From the NCBI GenBank assembly GCA_051294375.1, contig CM119271.1:16652470-16716469 (forward strand): 64,000 nucleotides of DNA, written 5' to 3'. Both the position numbers and the translations under genes were made by a program. This stretch comes from Paraspadella gotoi. Lineage: Eukaryota; Animalia; Chaetognatha. How positions within the stretch are numbered: the stretch's first letter is position 1; each line of letters begins with the position of its first letter. Positions 1 through 13,739 of this stretch are shown here, piece by piece. The notes beneath the pieces were generated by a model, which was not told the origin of the DNA, made no database searches, and was given only the letters and a program-made list of their open reading frames with translations.

Positions 1-1509
1 TTTTGTAAATGCTGGAAATTCAGCAGAAAATCAAATACGGGTTAGACCTGAGGGTGGTTTATTCCCATAAGAGTTTGAGCCACTTTTTAAAAAAAAATAG
101 TGAATGGGATTTTTTTGGACAAAAATTAATTTGATACTGTAAAAAAAAATATGGTAGTAAATACTCTTATATTATGGTGATATAACCGGGAGGGGTTGCC
201 TAAACCAGTGGTAAAACAAAATGATCAAATACAGCTTTGTTAAAATCATTTGCATACAGTAGCAATATATTTTTTATAATATTGTATTTTCAGTCTTATG
301 ATAATTTAAAAAAAAATATTTCACAATAATAGCTAACTGATACACCAATAACATACAATGCATAAAATAGAATATTTGTTATTCTTTAATCCAAATTAAT
401 TTTCAACAAATTATAAAAATATGCATTTTTTTTGAACAAATGTTTTTTTAAAATAGTAATTATGCCAACCAACTGTCCTTGGTGCACTAATTACAAATAT
501 ATAATTTTTTTTTAAATCGACTACTATATTATGAAATATAACCCTTCAAAACCTTAAAAAATACAGAAAAACACCCTTAATTCAAACTTTAATAAAAACC
601 CGTTCCAATAATATTACATCTCTCATACTTTAATACATATCAAGGAGAACCATCAGGTTTATTGTGTGAAAGTTATAGATAAATTCGATAAAGGAATGAC
701 TGCACAGGAAGGCGAAAAATAGATAGATGAACTATATCAGCTTGTAATTGAATAAACAAGTTAAAAAACTAAGAGTTCTGTAATATAATAACGTTAGAGC
801 ATCCTGTGGGATGACGAATTGAAAAAAAATTAAGATTTTATATATAGTAAATAATAGTAGAAGCATTTAAAGTTTATCGTATTACTATAATAAATCATGA
901 AATTTTTTTGTTTTCAAAATCAGAATTTTTAAAAGGGATTCGGGTAGAGATTAAAAAAGAATAATAAAAAAATGTTACTACAAGATTTTCAAATTTATTG
1001 TTTTATTGCTAATATTAACAAAAACTATAAAAATTATGGTAGACGATGATGATGATGATTTTAAAGAGTTTTTCCGTTATTTGACCCACTTATCATCAAA
1101 ATATTGAAAAAACGCATATATACTTTTTGTAGAAGATTTCAAAACTTTTCATATATGGCAAGGTCTACTGTATATATATTGAAAAATTTTTCAAAAATTA
1201 TTTGCCCAAAAATTACTATAAGAAGACAATGACTTGAATAGCGTAAATATGTTTTCGTAATGACGTACGAATGATTGAATAAAATCTATATACAGCGGAG
1301 AAATTTAAAAGTTCAGTATAGTTTACTAGTATAGAATTTCTATATGTACTTTGTACACTTTGCAGACAGTCGATTTTTAAAGAAAAAACTAACCAATGAA
1401 AACCTAATTAGAAGAAGAAATAAATCTTTGGTTCTATGTTTTTAGCTAAATTAGGAGCATCAGCGTAAAATTGAATAATTGAAAGCAGATAAGGTCGGAA
1501 GGAAAGTGG

Positions 1510-1551
<42 letters not shown>

Positions 1552-1676
1552 AAGAGGAGAGAAGGAGAGAGAGAGATGAGACGATGAGAGAGATTGAAAA
1601 TATTCGCTGCTGTGGAAGGGAAAAATGAGGAAGAGAAGGAAAAACAAAGAGGGACTTGGAAGAAGAAAAAGACAGA

Positions 1677-1712
<36 letters not shown>

Positions 1713-1906
1713 AAAAGCAAGAAAGGACAATCAACTATCAGAAGAGACGATTGGCTAAACTTTTTTTTCTTTTCTTTTCTTTTTCAAAAGGAAAAAAACG
1801 CAAAGATAAGTGGAAAATGAATTAGAAAATGAATCAGAAAACGAGAAAATGAATTAGAAAGCGGAGACTGAGGAAGAGAGAGAGAGAATGAGAGAAAGAG
1901 AGAGAT

Positions 1907-1950
<44 letters not shown>

Positions 1951-2253
1951 AAATTAAACAATGAAAAAAGCAGTAAAATTAAAATGTCGGTGTGAAGGAA
2001 AATCGTCAAGGAGGCGGTGGGATATTGAGAAAGAAAAAAAACAGATAGACAGACTGACAGACAGACATACAGACAAATAGACAGACAGTTAGGTAGATAG
2101 ACAGATAGAGAGACTTTCCCCTACTTATATCGCACTGCGTCATCCTGAGATTTGAATTCCTTGAAAAAATTTGTCATAAAAACCTGTTCTTTTTGAAAAC
2201 TTCCCTCATTAATTCAGTTAAACATATTTATACTTAGGAAAAAAGTAACATCT

Positions 2254-2561
2254 TGGCTCTATTTTCCGAGAGTGCCCCATTTCTGTTTCTTTATCCCAGA
2301 ATTTAAATTTTAATCTTAATATCTAATTTAAATAAGCTTTTATATTTATAAACCAATTCCTTACCTTAATCTTTAATCCTAATCCTAAACCTTAATCCTA
2401 AACTCTAATCCCCAATATCTAATCCTCACTGCTAACCCTCAACCCTGGTCCTAAACCCAAGTCCTGAACCTTCCTCACAAACCAAGTACCTAATATACCT
2501 AATATTAACCTAATTTAGAATTTAAGGAAAAAAATGAGACGTTTTGGGAAAATAAAGCCAA
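2254..2561 (+). mobile_element. MITE with degenerate telomere-like core
   Basis: Imperfect TIR TGGCTCTATTTTCC / GGAAAATAAAGCCA; CCTAA-rich interior. Confidence 0.55.
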
Positions 2562-2702
2562 ATCGGACACCATCATCACCGAATTCCTTACCCCCTTTTA
2601 AACCCTCCACCACCTTGAAAAACCACTCTCCCTTAAACCCCTTACCCCCACAAACCCCTTCTCCTCCCCCACTTCACCCCCACGTTTCAAATAGCACAAA
2701 AC

Positions 2703-2835
2703 CGTCTTTGTCAGATCTTTGATGTAAAGAGCGTTGGCCATTTTGCTGAAGTCCCGTGGTACCATGAGATTTCGTGGCTGGAGAGACCGGACTCGTTCAT
2801 GTTCGACACTGCCAGGGCGAGGGAGAGGGAGATGG
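2703..2835. CDS. Probable isolated exon of a neighbouring gene; strand and product unresolved
   Basis: A balanced-GC island between C-rich and G-rich tracts, like confirmed exons in this window. Open with splice sites on both strands: + 2715-2835 (IFDVKSVGHFAEVPWYHEISWLERPDSFMFDTAR..) or - 2808-2703 (VEHERVRSLQPRNLMVPRDFSKMANALYIKDLTKT). Confidence 0.4.
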
Positions 2836-3042
2836 GTGAGGGAGATGGGTGGGGTAGGAGAGGAAGCAGGGAGAGGGAAAAGCTTGATAAGTGAGAAGGC
2901 AAAGGGGAGAAAAGGAAAGGGGAGGGAGATAATTTTAATTTACACGTTTATTGCTAGATTCAGTTATTCATTATTTGATTTATTCATTCGTTTATTCATT
3001 CATTCAATTTGAATCCAAATCTTTTTTGTCGAATCCAATAAG

Positions 3043-3175
<133 letters not shown>

Positions 3176-4118
3176 CGCCTGTCCGATAAACTCAAGGAAA
3201 CGGCAAAAAAAAAGACGAGTTAACAAGAACTAAAAAAAAAGAATGAGGAAGAACCAGCGGCGTAAATGCTTTATCGTAGTACCGTGATACTTTAATACAC
3301 TCAGACAATAAAAAATATATATCCTTTGTTGACAAAATAAATAAACAAAAAATAAATATTTTCTCTATTTTTTAGTTTGAAACATAAATGATTCTCATGG
3401 ATGAAACATGAAATAGTTACCTGTCACAACAAAGTAGTTTCTATCTTTGTTGGAAAACAAGTAAATTGTTTTGCATCTTAAAATATCAGACTCTGAGCAA
3501 CGATGCGGATGATTTCTCCATTTCTATCCAATTAAAGCATACAGCTTAGATTTTTCAAAAACCACACCAGCGGAACTTGATTCAAAGGTATGTGAATTAG
3601 GTTAAAAGGGTTACTGTTTAATGGATAAACTGATAATTTAGAAAAAAAAGGACATTAGAAGAAGGCTAAAAATAACAAAGGATGCCAATGAAAAAGGATG
3701 ACATTTTTTTATTTTTTACATGAAAACCAAAACTTCCTTTGTAATCCATATACATTATCATTTGCAAACCCATGAAGATAGTTTCAATGTTAAATATGAA
3801 TTTAAAATTAAAAACCCAAACTATTTATATATGCAAATTTAATCAGAATCGACTTTGATATCCCTCAGCAATGATGGCAGGAAGATGGATTTGAAAATCG
3901 TCTCTAATTTTTAAACTCACTTTTTTTAGATTTAATTTTTTTCTCTTACATTCAGTAAGTTTTCTGAAGAAATTCGAAATAAAATAATAATATTATTATT
4001 ATCTTCTGAAAGCCCTTTCAAATCTAAAGAGAATGACGTACTTACGAATACTGTAGTATAAAATTTAACTGGCCCAGCTTTAATTTAATTAGGATACTCG
4101 AAAACGAAACATCTTTTT

Positions 4119-4505
4119 AACAAGTTTGAGTAAACAATTTCGGATCTGCCTACGATAATTAAGTGGTAATAAGCTAACTTGGTCAACTTGCATAATTTAA
4201 TCAACTTGCATTATTTGGTCAACTGACATAATTTGGTCAACTGACATAATTTTGTCAGCTGGCATAATTTGGTCAACTGACATAATTTGGTCAACTGCCA
4301 TAATTTGGTCAACTGAATTAATTTGTTTAACTGACATAATTTGGTTAACTGACATAATTTGTTCAACTGACATAATTTGGTCAACTGGCATAATTTGGTC
4401 AACTGGCATAATTTGGTCAACTGGCATAATTTGGTCAACTGGCATAATTTGGTCAACTTGCAGAAATTGGTCAACTGGCATATTTTTGTCAATTGGCATA
4501 ATTTG

Positions 4506-4537
<32 letters not shown>

Positions 4538-4893
4538 GAGAGAAATAGAGAGAAACTTTAAAAAATACAAATAAATGTGTCTTTTTGTTTTCGTATTTGA
4601 ACTCTCGATTCCATCAAAAAATTTATATCCAGCTTTATCACATACTTTCCTACCCACACACAAAATTCCATTTCAATTTATCTATCCAATTTTTAATAAA
4701 CATAATAATTATGAGTAAATGTAAGTAAAAATACTTCAAGTAAATATGACTTTTGTTTTTTCTATTCCATCGAAACTTTATATCCAACTCAATCACACAC
4801 TTTCCTACCATCATAAAAAATTTCAAGTTTTTGATTTTTTTGTTTTTTCCATTGAAACCAATTTCCACTCGCACGATTCCATCTAAACTTCAT
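4119..4893 (-). mobile_element. DINE-1/HINE-like element (runs into gap) with 18-bp minisatellite
   Basis: Begins AACAAGTTTGAG..TCGGATCTGCC (reverse-complement 3' end); shared core TTTCCTACCCACACACAAAATT. Confidence 0.75.
4178..4505. repeat. 18-bp minisatellite (TGGTCAACTGRCATAATT), ~18 units
   Basis: Tandem units seen directly. Confidence 0.95.
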
Positions 4894-5748
4894 ANNNNNN
4901 NNNNNNNNNNNNNNNNNNNNNNNNNNNNNNNNNNNNNNNNNNNNNNNNNNNNNNNNNNNNNNNNNNNNNNNNNNNNNNNNNNNNNNNNNNNNNNNNNNNN
5001 NNNNNNNNNNNNNNNNNNNNNNNNNNNNNNNNNNNNNNNNNNNNNNNNNNNNNNNNNNNNNNNNNNNNNNNNNNNNNNNNNNNNNNNNNNNNNAGTGCCT
5101 TACCTTTACTGAGGCCCAAATATCTTCCCCAATTCTTCCAAACTGCCTCCCAATTCCTCTCTCTCTCTCTCTCTCTCTCNNNNNNNNNNNNNNNNNNNNN
5201 NNNNNNNNNNNNNNNNNNNNNNNNNNNNNNNNNNNNNNNNNNNNNNNNNNNNNNNNNNNNNNNNNNNNNNNNNNNNNNNNNNNNNNNNNNNNNNNNNNNN
5301 NNNNNNNNNNNNNNNNNNNNNNNNNNNNNNNNNNNNNNNNNNNNNNNNATATATATATATATATATATATATATCTATATATATATATCTCTAAATATAT
5401 ATATATAATCTACTATATATACGCTAGATAACATACCTAAACTATACTAAAACTTAACAATATATATTCTATATTCCTTCTCGTCAGTTCCAAAATTGTA
5501 TCGAACTTTTTTTAAACTTCGTTGTGACCTAAAACGATTTCAACTCAAATCCTAAACCCCTCTCTCTCTATCTCTATCTATCTCTCTCTCTCTCTCTCTC
5601 TATCTCTATTTATCTCTCTCTCTCTTTATCACTATCTATCTCTCTCTCTCTCTCTATTACTATCTATCTCTCTCTCTTCCCTACAGCGAATCGGCAGGTG
5701 CCAAAATCTCATCTGTAACCATTAGAGTTGAACTGGGTTCCATAGCGG

Positions 5749-5846
<98 letters not shown>

Positions 5847-6987
5847 AAGGTCAATAGTTGGATGTTAAGAGATAGAGAAGGAAAGAAAAGCGATTCATGT
5901 TATCAGTCAAGGTTTTAACTTTTAAGACTGCAAAACATTTCAAACAAAAGCAAAAATTACGAGAAATAATAAACAATTGGACAATTTTATGGGGAAAAAT
6001 CCCAAGAAAGCAGAGGTAAAGCAAAATAAAAGAATAAAAAGACAACAAGCTGAGAGATTCAGGTAAAAGCAAAAGAAGCATAAAAAAGCAGAAAGAAAAA
6101 AAATCACCAAACCGTTAGACAAGGAAATAACACGACTAACACAGCGAGGTTAAAAAGATAAGCTGAGAATATACAAGCTATATATAAAAGATAAGGAAAG
6201 CAAAGAAAAGCAAAGAAAAGCAAGGCACCGCAAAGCAAAGCAAAAGAAAAGCAAAGCACAGCAGAGAATTTAAACCTAAAACAATTTTTACTCTTTATGA
6301 GTTTTTGATCTCGGGATTTGTGGGTGAAGGTTAGAGGTGGGGACAGGGGGTAGGGAGTGTGGGGTCACTGTAGGGGTAGGNNNNNNNNNNNNNNNNNNNN
6401 NNNNNNNNNNNNNNNNNNNNNNNNNNNNNNNNNNNNNNNNNNNNNNNNNNNNNNNNNNNNNNNNNNNNNNNNNNNNNNNNNNNNNNNNNNNNNNNNNNNN
6501 NNNNNNNNNNNNNNNNNNNNNNNNNNNNNNNNNNNNNNNNNNNNNNNNNNNNNNNNNNNNNNNNNNNNNNNNNNNNNNNNNNNNNNNNNNNNAGAGAGAG
6601 CTTAAGACCCATCGTTCCTGCCATTGAGCATGAGCAGCTAACTATAATTTTTTTAAGTTTCTAAATAGGATAAAACAAAAGATCCCTCTCCGCTGTTCCG
6701 AAAATCGCCGAAAGAGGCGCTACGATCGTCGTTTTTTCCGGCGAAATGCGATCTTTTGTCTAGAAAAACTTCTTTTTTGCTCATCGCACGAAAAGAGGAT
6801 TTCCTTTAATTAAATACTTGAATCGGAACCTCGTGGTATAAAAAAATTAATAAAACCTAAAAAAAATGAATAAATGAAAAATATTAAAAGAGAAATACTA
6901 TTCCGCGGGTTAAACGACAACAGAGAAAAACCAGATCTGGATTTTGAAAACGGCCTTTCTCTCTCAATGAAGGAAATTGTCCGAAAG

Positions 6988-7104
<117 letters not shown>

Positions 7105-8163
7105 TCGCGAATCATTCCACGCGAGAAACGAGTTTTTTTGTTTTAGAAAAAAAAGAACAAAAAAAAATTTTCAGTCAAGTTCCCCGATTGTGGTCGGTTC
7201 GGTGACCAGTGGCCAGTCGCTTTTACCACGTGACCACGTCATCAGCGTTTCACTTTGACGATGATCCCGGTCATCAATGTCATTTTTTGTATATCCTCGA
7301 TGCCGCGATACTGCAAATGCCGCTCGATGCTTCGTGAAGGAACATCCTGGTTCGATCTATATTTTTCTACGCAATTAATTTTTTTCCCGACATAAATGAA
7401 CTTTGACCGAGAAAATATTTATTGTAACGATTTTGTACTCGATGCAAAGGTCTCACTTTCAAGAATATTTTATTTAACATTTTGATTTCAATTGTCAAAC
7501 AGAATTTATATATTTTCTTAGTAAAGTAAGTTCCTCGAAAGATATTTTACAAAAACCAAAAAAAAAAAATAGAACAAACAAAATGTTAGGTAACTGTTTC
7601 GTCTAAACAAGTTATTCAAATTTCCCTCCGTCCCAGTTTTCCTGTTTGGTAAGTTCGTCAAAAACAAATCCAGTTTAAGACATTTGTTTTAATACGCTGA
7701 ACAATAAGGTAAGTTCGAGTTTTGTGTGTGTGGGTCGATCGGTGCTTTGGTAAGTTGGACGAGCTCGATGGGGTCAGCTTGACTCAGAGAAAATATTGAA
7801 TATAGAAAGGAAAAGTAAGGTGTTTTACACTGTCTTTAAAAGCTACGTTTTTGAGATATTATTACTCATTTCATATAATAACATAATATAACTGCTATTC
7901 TTCTAGTTTACAGATTGTGTGCGCTCTTTCTAATTCGCAATTGAAACATTTACTCTTGTCAGAAAAATGATAAAATGATAAAAATGATAATGTCATCAAC
8001 TTTTTGGCCATATTTTTCAAATTAGTTTTAAATTAGGTTAAACGTTAAGGTAAGGAACTATGATTAGATATCCAAATTGGATATTTTTAATATTTGATTA
8101 GGTCGTAGTTTTATTGGTTTTGTTTGATTTTTTTTTTAGAATATTAGCATTAAACATAGAATG

Positions 8164-9259
8164 AACAAGTTTGAGAAAACAATGTCGGATCTGCCGACGA
8201 TAATAAAGCGGTAATCAACTAATCAGATGATTAATGACGATAATTCTTTCAATTTGTGATCCTAACTGATCATGGAACAGATCCTACCATAATCAAACAA
8301 TGGCTTCACCAATCACATGTAAGATCGCTTGCAAGGGATTAAACTGAACTGTTACTTTTGTACAAACAAATAATTTTTTAACTATTAACATTTTTTAAAC
8401 TTACATCATTTTTTTCACTTGCATCATTTTGTCAACTTGCATAATTTTTTTAAAATCACATCATTTTTTTAACTTGTATTAATTTTTCAACTTTCATAAT
8501 TTTTTTAACTTGCATCATTTTTCAAACTTGCATAATGTTTTTAACTAGCATATTTTTTTTCAACATGCATAATTTTTTCAATTTGTATAATTTTTTAAAC
8601 TTGCATCATTTTTTAACTTTCATCTTATTTAATTGCATCTTTTTTTACTTTAATTAATTAATTAATGAATTAATTATTTAATTAAAACTTTTACGTTTCA
8701 AGTTGACTTGACTTTGGTTTTTTCCATTTAAACTCATTTCTACTTGCACGATTTCATCGAAACTTTATATCCAGCTTTATCACCCACATTTCTAACCACA
8801 CATAAAATTACATTCCAATCCATCCATCCAATCACGAGTAATTGGAGATTTTTGTTAAGGGGGGACGGACGGTCTGACGGACAGACAAACGGAGGGACAC
8901 ACAGACGGACCTCATTTTTTTTGAATAATTTATCACTTTGAGCTCTATCTTATTTTTTAAATTTCACTTTCCTACTCTCACTTACCTATCCCTAATCAAA
9001 TGTAAAATTTCAAATTTCAGTTTTCACATTCTCTCTTCACTTAATTTATTTATTGTTAAAAATCCACACTAATCAGTTTAAAAACCTTTATCATTGTTGT
9101 ACATTGCACAAATGTATCTCTCTCTCTCTCTCTCTCTCTCTCCAGTCTCTCTCTCCTCTCTCTTTCTCTCCAATTCACCTTTTCATTTCTTTCAAAACTC
9201 ACTCATCTGTCCTTACCTTCAGCCTGTCCCTCACCTCTGTTCACCACTATGTTGGAAAA

Positions 9260-9306
<47 letters not shown>

Positions 9307-9516
9307 TCTTCTTATGCACAAACTTTCAAACGGATATCAAATGCTGAGGAAGACTTGAAATTTACAAGTCGAAACATGATCATTATTAAATAAAACAAAT
9401 CGATGTTGAAAACTCAATTTTCATTTTTTTCCTAATAATTTATTAAAATTTGATGTTCTGACATGAAATAAGTAGATTATAGAGTCGGGATCTGCTGATG
9501 AGCAGATCTGATTAAA
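8164..9516 (-). mobile_element. DINE-1/HINE-like element with nested Penelope-like pLTR insert
   Basis: Both termini present (AACAAGTTTGAG..GTCGGATCTGCC; GTCGGGATCTGCTGATGAGCAGATCTGA) and a GGAC/AGAC microsatellite. Confidence 0.75.
8940..9430 (+). mobile_element. Solo Penelope-like pLTR
   Basis: Colinear with 31330-31810 (two CT tracts, CTGTCC..ACCTTCA.CCTGTCCCTCA, TTATGCACAAA); hammerhead-like motif at 9344-9381. Confidence 0.65.
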
Positions 9517-9724
9517 TATTAAGTTGAGGGATTAAAGAACAGAAATGGAGCGCTCTGGAAAATAGTGCGAATAAAACGTTATAAGTGAATAACAAAATAA
9601 ATTAAGCAAAACTCCTGGGCATAAAATGAGAAAAGTTGAGAAAGTTGAAAGACAAAAAATCTGGGTCATTTTCCTGAAAAATGTTTGTTTACATTATGGA
9701 TTCTCTTTCTGAAATCTTGTTTAT

Positions 9725-9732
9725 TCTTTCCT

Positions 9733-9788
<56 letters not shown>

Positions 9789-10155
9789 TCATTTTATTTT
9801 TATTTTTTTATTACTTTATTTCTTTTTTTTCTTTCTTTTTCTCTTCTGGTTTTCTTTCTTTTTTTCTTTCTTTCTCTCTTTCTGTCTTTGTTTCTTTCTA
9901 TTTTTTGTTTCTTTCCGTCTTTGTTTTTGTCTTTCTTTCTATTTTTTATTTCTTTCTTTCTATCTTACTGTCTTTCCTTTTATATTTCTTTCTATCTTAG
10001 TATCTTTCTTTCTTTCTTTTCTTTCTTTCTTTCTTTCTTTTTTTCTTTATTTCATTCTTTCTATCCTACTCTCCTTTTTTTATTTTCCTTTCTATCTTAC
10101 TATCTTTTTTATCTTTCTTTCTCTCTTTCTTTCTTTCTTTCTTTCTTTCTTTTTT
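9725..10155. repeat. (CTTT)n-derived low-complexity tract
   Basis: Seen directly. Confidence 0.95.
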
Positions 10156-10205
10156 TTGATTAGCGTGTTGGCGATCAATTTTAAAATATATGAAAGGAGG
10201 GGGAC

Positions 10206-10261
<56 letters not shown>

Positions 10262-11221
10262 ACATCTGTTAAAAACATTTCCTCTCTCTCTCTCTTTTAT
10301 TTTTACCACAATGACAAAGAGAAGGCGAGAGAGGAGGAAGAGCAGGAAGAGTAAAAATGAGGAGGAGGAGGAAGAGTAAAAATGAGGAGGAGGAGGAGGT
10401 AGTCGCCACTCCTTCATTTGCCTCGACTGGTATCTATGATCGAGATGGCACGACTGGCAGAAATCATCGCGACGAAATCCGGAAAAACAAAACACTTTAT
10501 CGAAAAACGACGCAATAAAAAAAGGAAACATAACAAAACGAAAGAAGGAAAAAGAAACAAAGGGAATAAAAAACCGAAACTTAGTGGATCGGGCGGACGA
10601 GATAGAGAGAGAGAGAGAAAAAAAGATCGGCTTGATCATGCACGATGTCTCTCTCTCTCTCTCTCTCTCTCTGGCACGCCTCCGGCATTCGTAGGATGTT
10701 TTATCTCAACAGGAGACGAAATCTTAATGAATCATTCTTTAGTTTTTAGTCAGTATCTATATTTAATCATATATTATATATTAGTAATGAAATAGTGGGT
10801 AATTTTTAACCTTTTCCCGATAAAGAGGCGCTATTTGTTTTTTCAATCTTTGTTTGTAATTTTTTTTCTTTTGTAACTAATTCTGTTTCAAAAAAACATT
10901 AACCAAAAAAAAAATTGCCGGCAAAAAGTTACTCTGAGATCTATTTCTCATTATTTCTTTTTAACTCTTTAACTTAATAATAGAGCTTTTCGTGCTACTT
11001 TCTTTTTACTTTTGAATATTTTTTTAATCGCATGCTTATTTAACGGCTCCGCTTATTTTAAAGCCGCATAAGCTAAAAAAAATGCTTACGATTCACGATC
11101 GATATATTTTTTTTAAAATTCGAATTCAATTCACTAGAGATTATTTCCTCTTTTATTTTCTTTTTTATCTTTTTTTTACAACCTGGATTATTTAGAAAAA
11201 AAAAATGTGCCTAAAGAAGCT

Positions 11222-11790
11222 CTCATTACCCAAAGTGCCCCATTTCTGTTCCTTTATCCCGGAATTTAATCTTAACTTTAATATTTAACCTAAATATTAT
11301 TTTAATCTTATAACCAAATCCTTAACCCTAAACCTTAAACCCTAATCTCTAACCTAATCTGTAACCTAAACCTAATCCCTAATCTTATCTCTAACCTAAT
11401 CTCTAACCTAATCTCTAACCTAAACCTAATCCCTAACCTTATCTCTAACCTAATCTCTAACCTAATCTCTAACCTATTCCCTAACCTAATCTCTAACCTA
11501 ATCTCTAATCTAATCTCTAACCTAATTTCTAACCTAATCTTTAACCTAACTCTAACCTAATCTCTAACCTAATTTCTAACATAATCTTTAACCTAATTTC
11601 TAACCTAATCTCTAACCTAATTTCTAACCTAATTTCTAACCTAATCTCTAATCTAATCTCTAACCTAATTTCTAACCTAATCTCTAACCTAATCTCTAAC
11701 CTAATCTCTAATTCTAAGCTGTTACCTAATCTTTAAATAAAAAAATTGAAATTTAAAATGAAAAGGGAAGGTTCTGGGAAAATAAGGCCG
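11222..11790 (+). mobile_element. MITE with telomere-like tandem core (CTAATCTCTAAC)n
   Basis: Ends GTGCCCCATTTCTGTT..TTTATCCC and GGAAAATAAGGCC are shared with copies at ~2254-2561, ~15848-16380 and ~36492-36852 (inverted). Confidence 0.6.
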
Positions 11791-12205
11791 TCTCGAGAAC
11801 TCCTTCCTCATTTTTTTTACTTCATTTTTTCATTTCATTTTTCGAAATTCATTTTCTCAAAAAATCCGGTTTCCTTTCTTTTAGTTTTTCTTTTTTTTTC
11901 TTTTTTTTTTAAGGGAGACATTGCATGCGTCCGAATCAAACGACATCTCATGATCACGTTTATCCCTTTTTATATTTTGTTCATTTGTCTTTTTCGTGAC
12001 TTGGTTGACGGCGATCGATAAGACCTGAGAATATATAAAAAAATATAAATTAATTATAAGACCAATAATAATAGTTAAAAAAAAATAATATAACAATTCT
12101 ATATTTCAAAATAAAGATTATCACGATTAGGAATATAGAAGACTGTTCAGTGGTCACGACATAGTTTAAAAGTTCAAACACATAAACATAAAATTTTCAA
12201 AACCA

Positions 12206-12208
<3 letters not shown>

Positions 12209-12288
<80 letters not shown>
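12209..12288. repeat. (TTA)n microsatellite
   Basis: Pure trinucleotide run. Confidence 0.98.
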
Positions 12289-12289
<1 letters not shown>

Positions 12290-12324
12290 CTCCGTCAAAA
12301 TCATATCACGATTCATAAAAAAAT

Positions 12325-13219
12325 AACAAGTTTGAGCAATCAATGCCGGATCTGCCCTCGATCATTAGCGATAATTAATAAATTAATTAGAGTAATTTTA
12401 TCCGACATGTTTGTTTTTAGATATTTTCGTCACTGATCTCGACAAAAGCAACGACGACGATGATGGCGACAATAATGCCAATAACAATTAATTTATTGAC
12501 TTGATTGATTGATTGAATGATTAATTATTTGATAAATTAAATGATTGAATAATTAATTAATTAATAGATAAATAAATTTATTGAGTAATTAATTGATTGA
12601 ATTATTTACTGATTAATCAATTATTGATTAATTAATTAACTAACTGATTAATTGCATTTACATTTAATATAAAAAGAAAAAGAAGCATAATCAATTAGTG
12701 AAACAGATGTTTTGTTTTTTTCATTTAAACTCATTTCCACTCGGACGATTCCTTCAAAACTTGATTTCCAGCTAAATCATACACTTTCCTACCCACATAC
12801 ACAATTTTAAGTCAACCGCCCAATACAATCATGAGTAATTGGCGTTCAAAGCCTAGCAGGGACGGACTGACAGACAGACAGACATACAGACGGATTTTTT
12901 TTTAAATAATTGATCAGGGACCGAGTTTGGTATTTGGCGACAATTTAATTTCAGTAAGAAACGAAAATTCAAGCCTTCATCAGGGTCTGATGAAGGCTTG
13001 AACATAGAGCCGACATATGTTCGTTTCTTACTGAAAATAAATTGTAGTCGCCAAATATCAAACTCTGTGCCTAATCTACAACATCACAAAAAAGAAAGGA
13101 TTATCACATAATGCATAATTTATCATAATTCGATGTTCTGACATGATTTAAGGGATTTACTGACGGACCGACAAAGTGAATCATAGATTGTGAATCTGCT
13201 GTAAGTAGATCCGCCTAAA
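12325..13219 (-). mobile_element. DINE-1/HINE-like element ~520 bp upstream of the copy 1 ATG
   Basis: Both termini and the core blocks are present; carries a fold-back insert at ~12917-13075. Confidence 0.75.
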
Positions 13220-13739
13220 AATTATAGAAACATTAAAAAGTATCTACAACTCGAATCTGTAACACGTCGAAACGTATATACAACTCGAAATAGACACTTG
13301 AAAACATTTCCCGCATTAGATTTCGTTAAGATAAATAGGAGCGGTCTTTCAAGACCGAATCCCGGGATACTCATCAATTTCGGCCCAATATTTTTTGGTT
13401 CTACTGATGGACGATAACGAATTATTTGATGCCCGGATCGCGTAGTATTTAATTATCATTTTGCCCTCATCTACTCTTTTTGGTCACGAGTTTATTTGGC
13501 CAAAAGAAATCAATAATACAAATTCTTCCTTTTATCTTTTTTTGAATAAGATTTGTTTCTCATTGACTCGCTCTCTCTCTCATTCTACTCACTCTCTCTC
13601 TCTCTCGTTCTCTGCTTTTAACTCCTTTCTTTTTTCAAGATATCGCTTTTTGTTCCTAAACTTAGAAAAAAAACACAATCTGAATACAACATCTCAATAT
13701 TTGGATTTCAAAATATAAACAAAAGAATAAATAAAGAAG

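Noticed and set aside
4197-4574. Repetitive ORFs (VDQIMP)n and (QLTKLC)n resembling repeat proteins
   Set aside because: The 18-bp minisatellite lies inside a HINE element and is open in several frames on both strands only because of its period.
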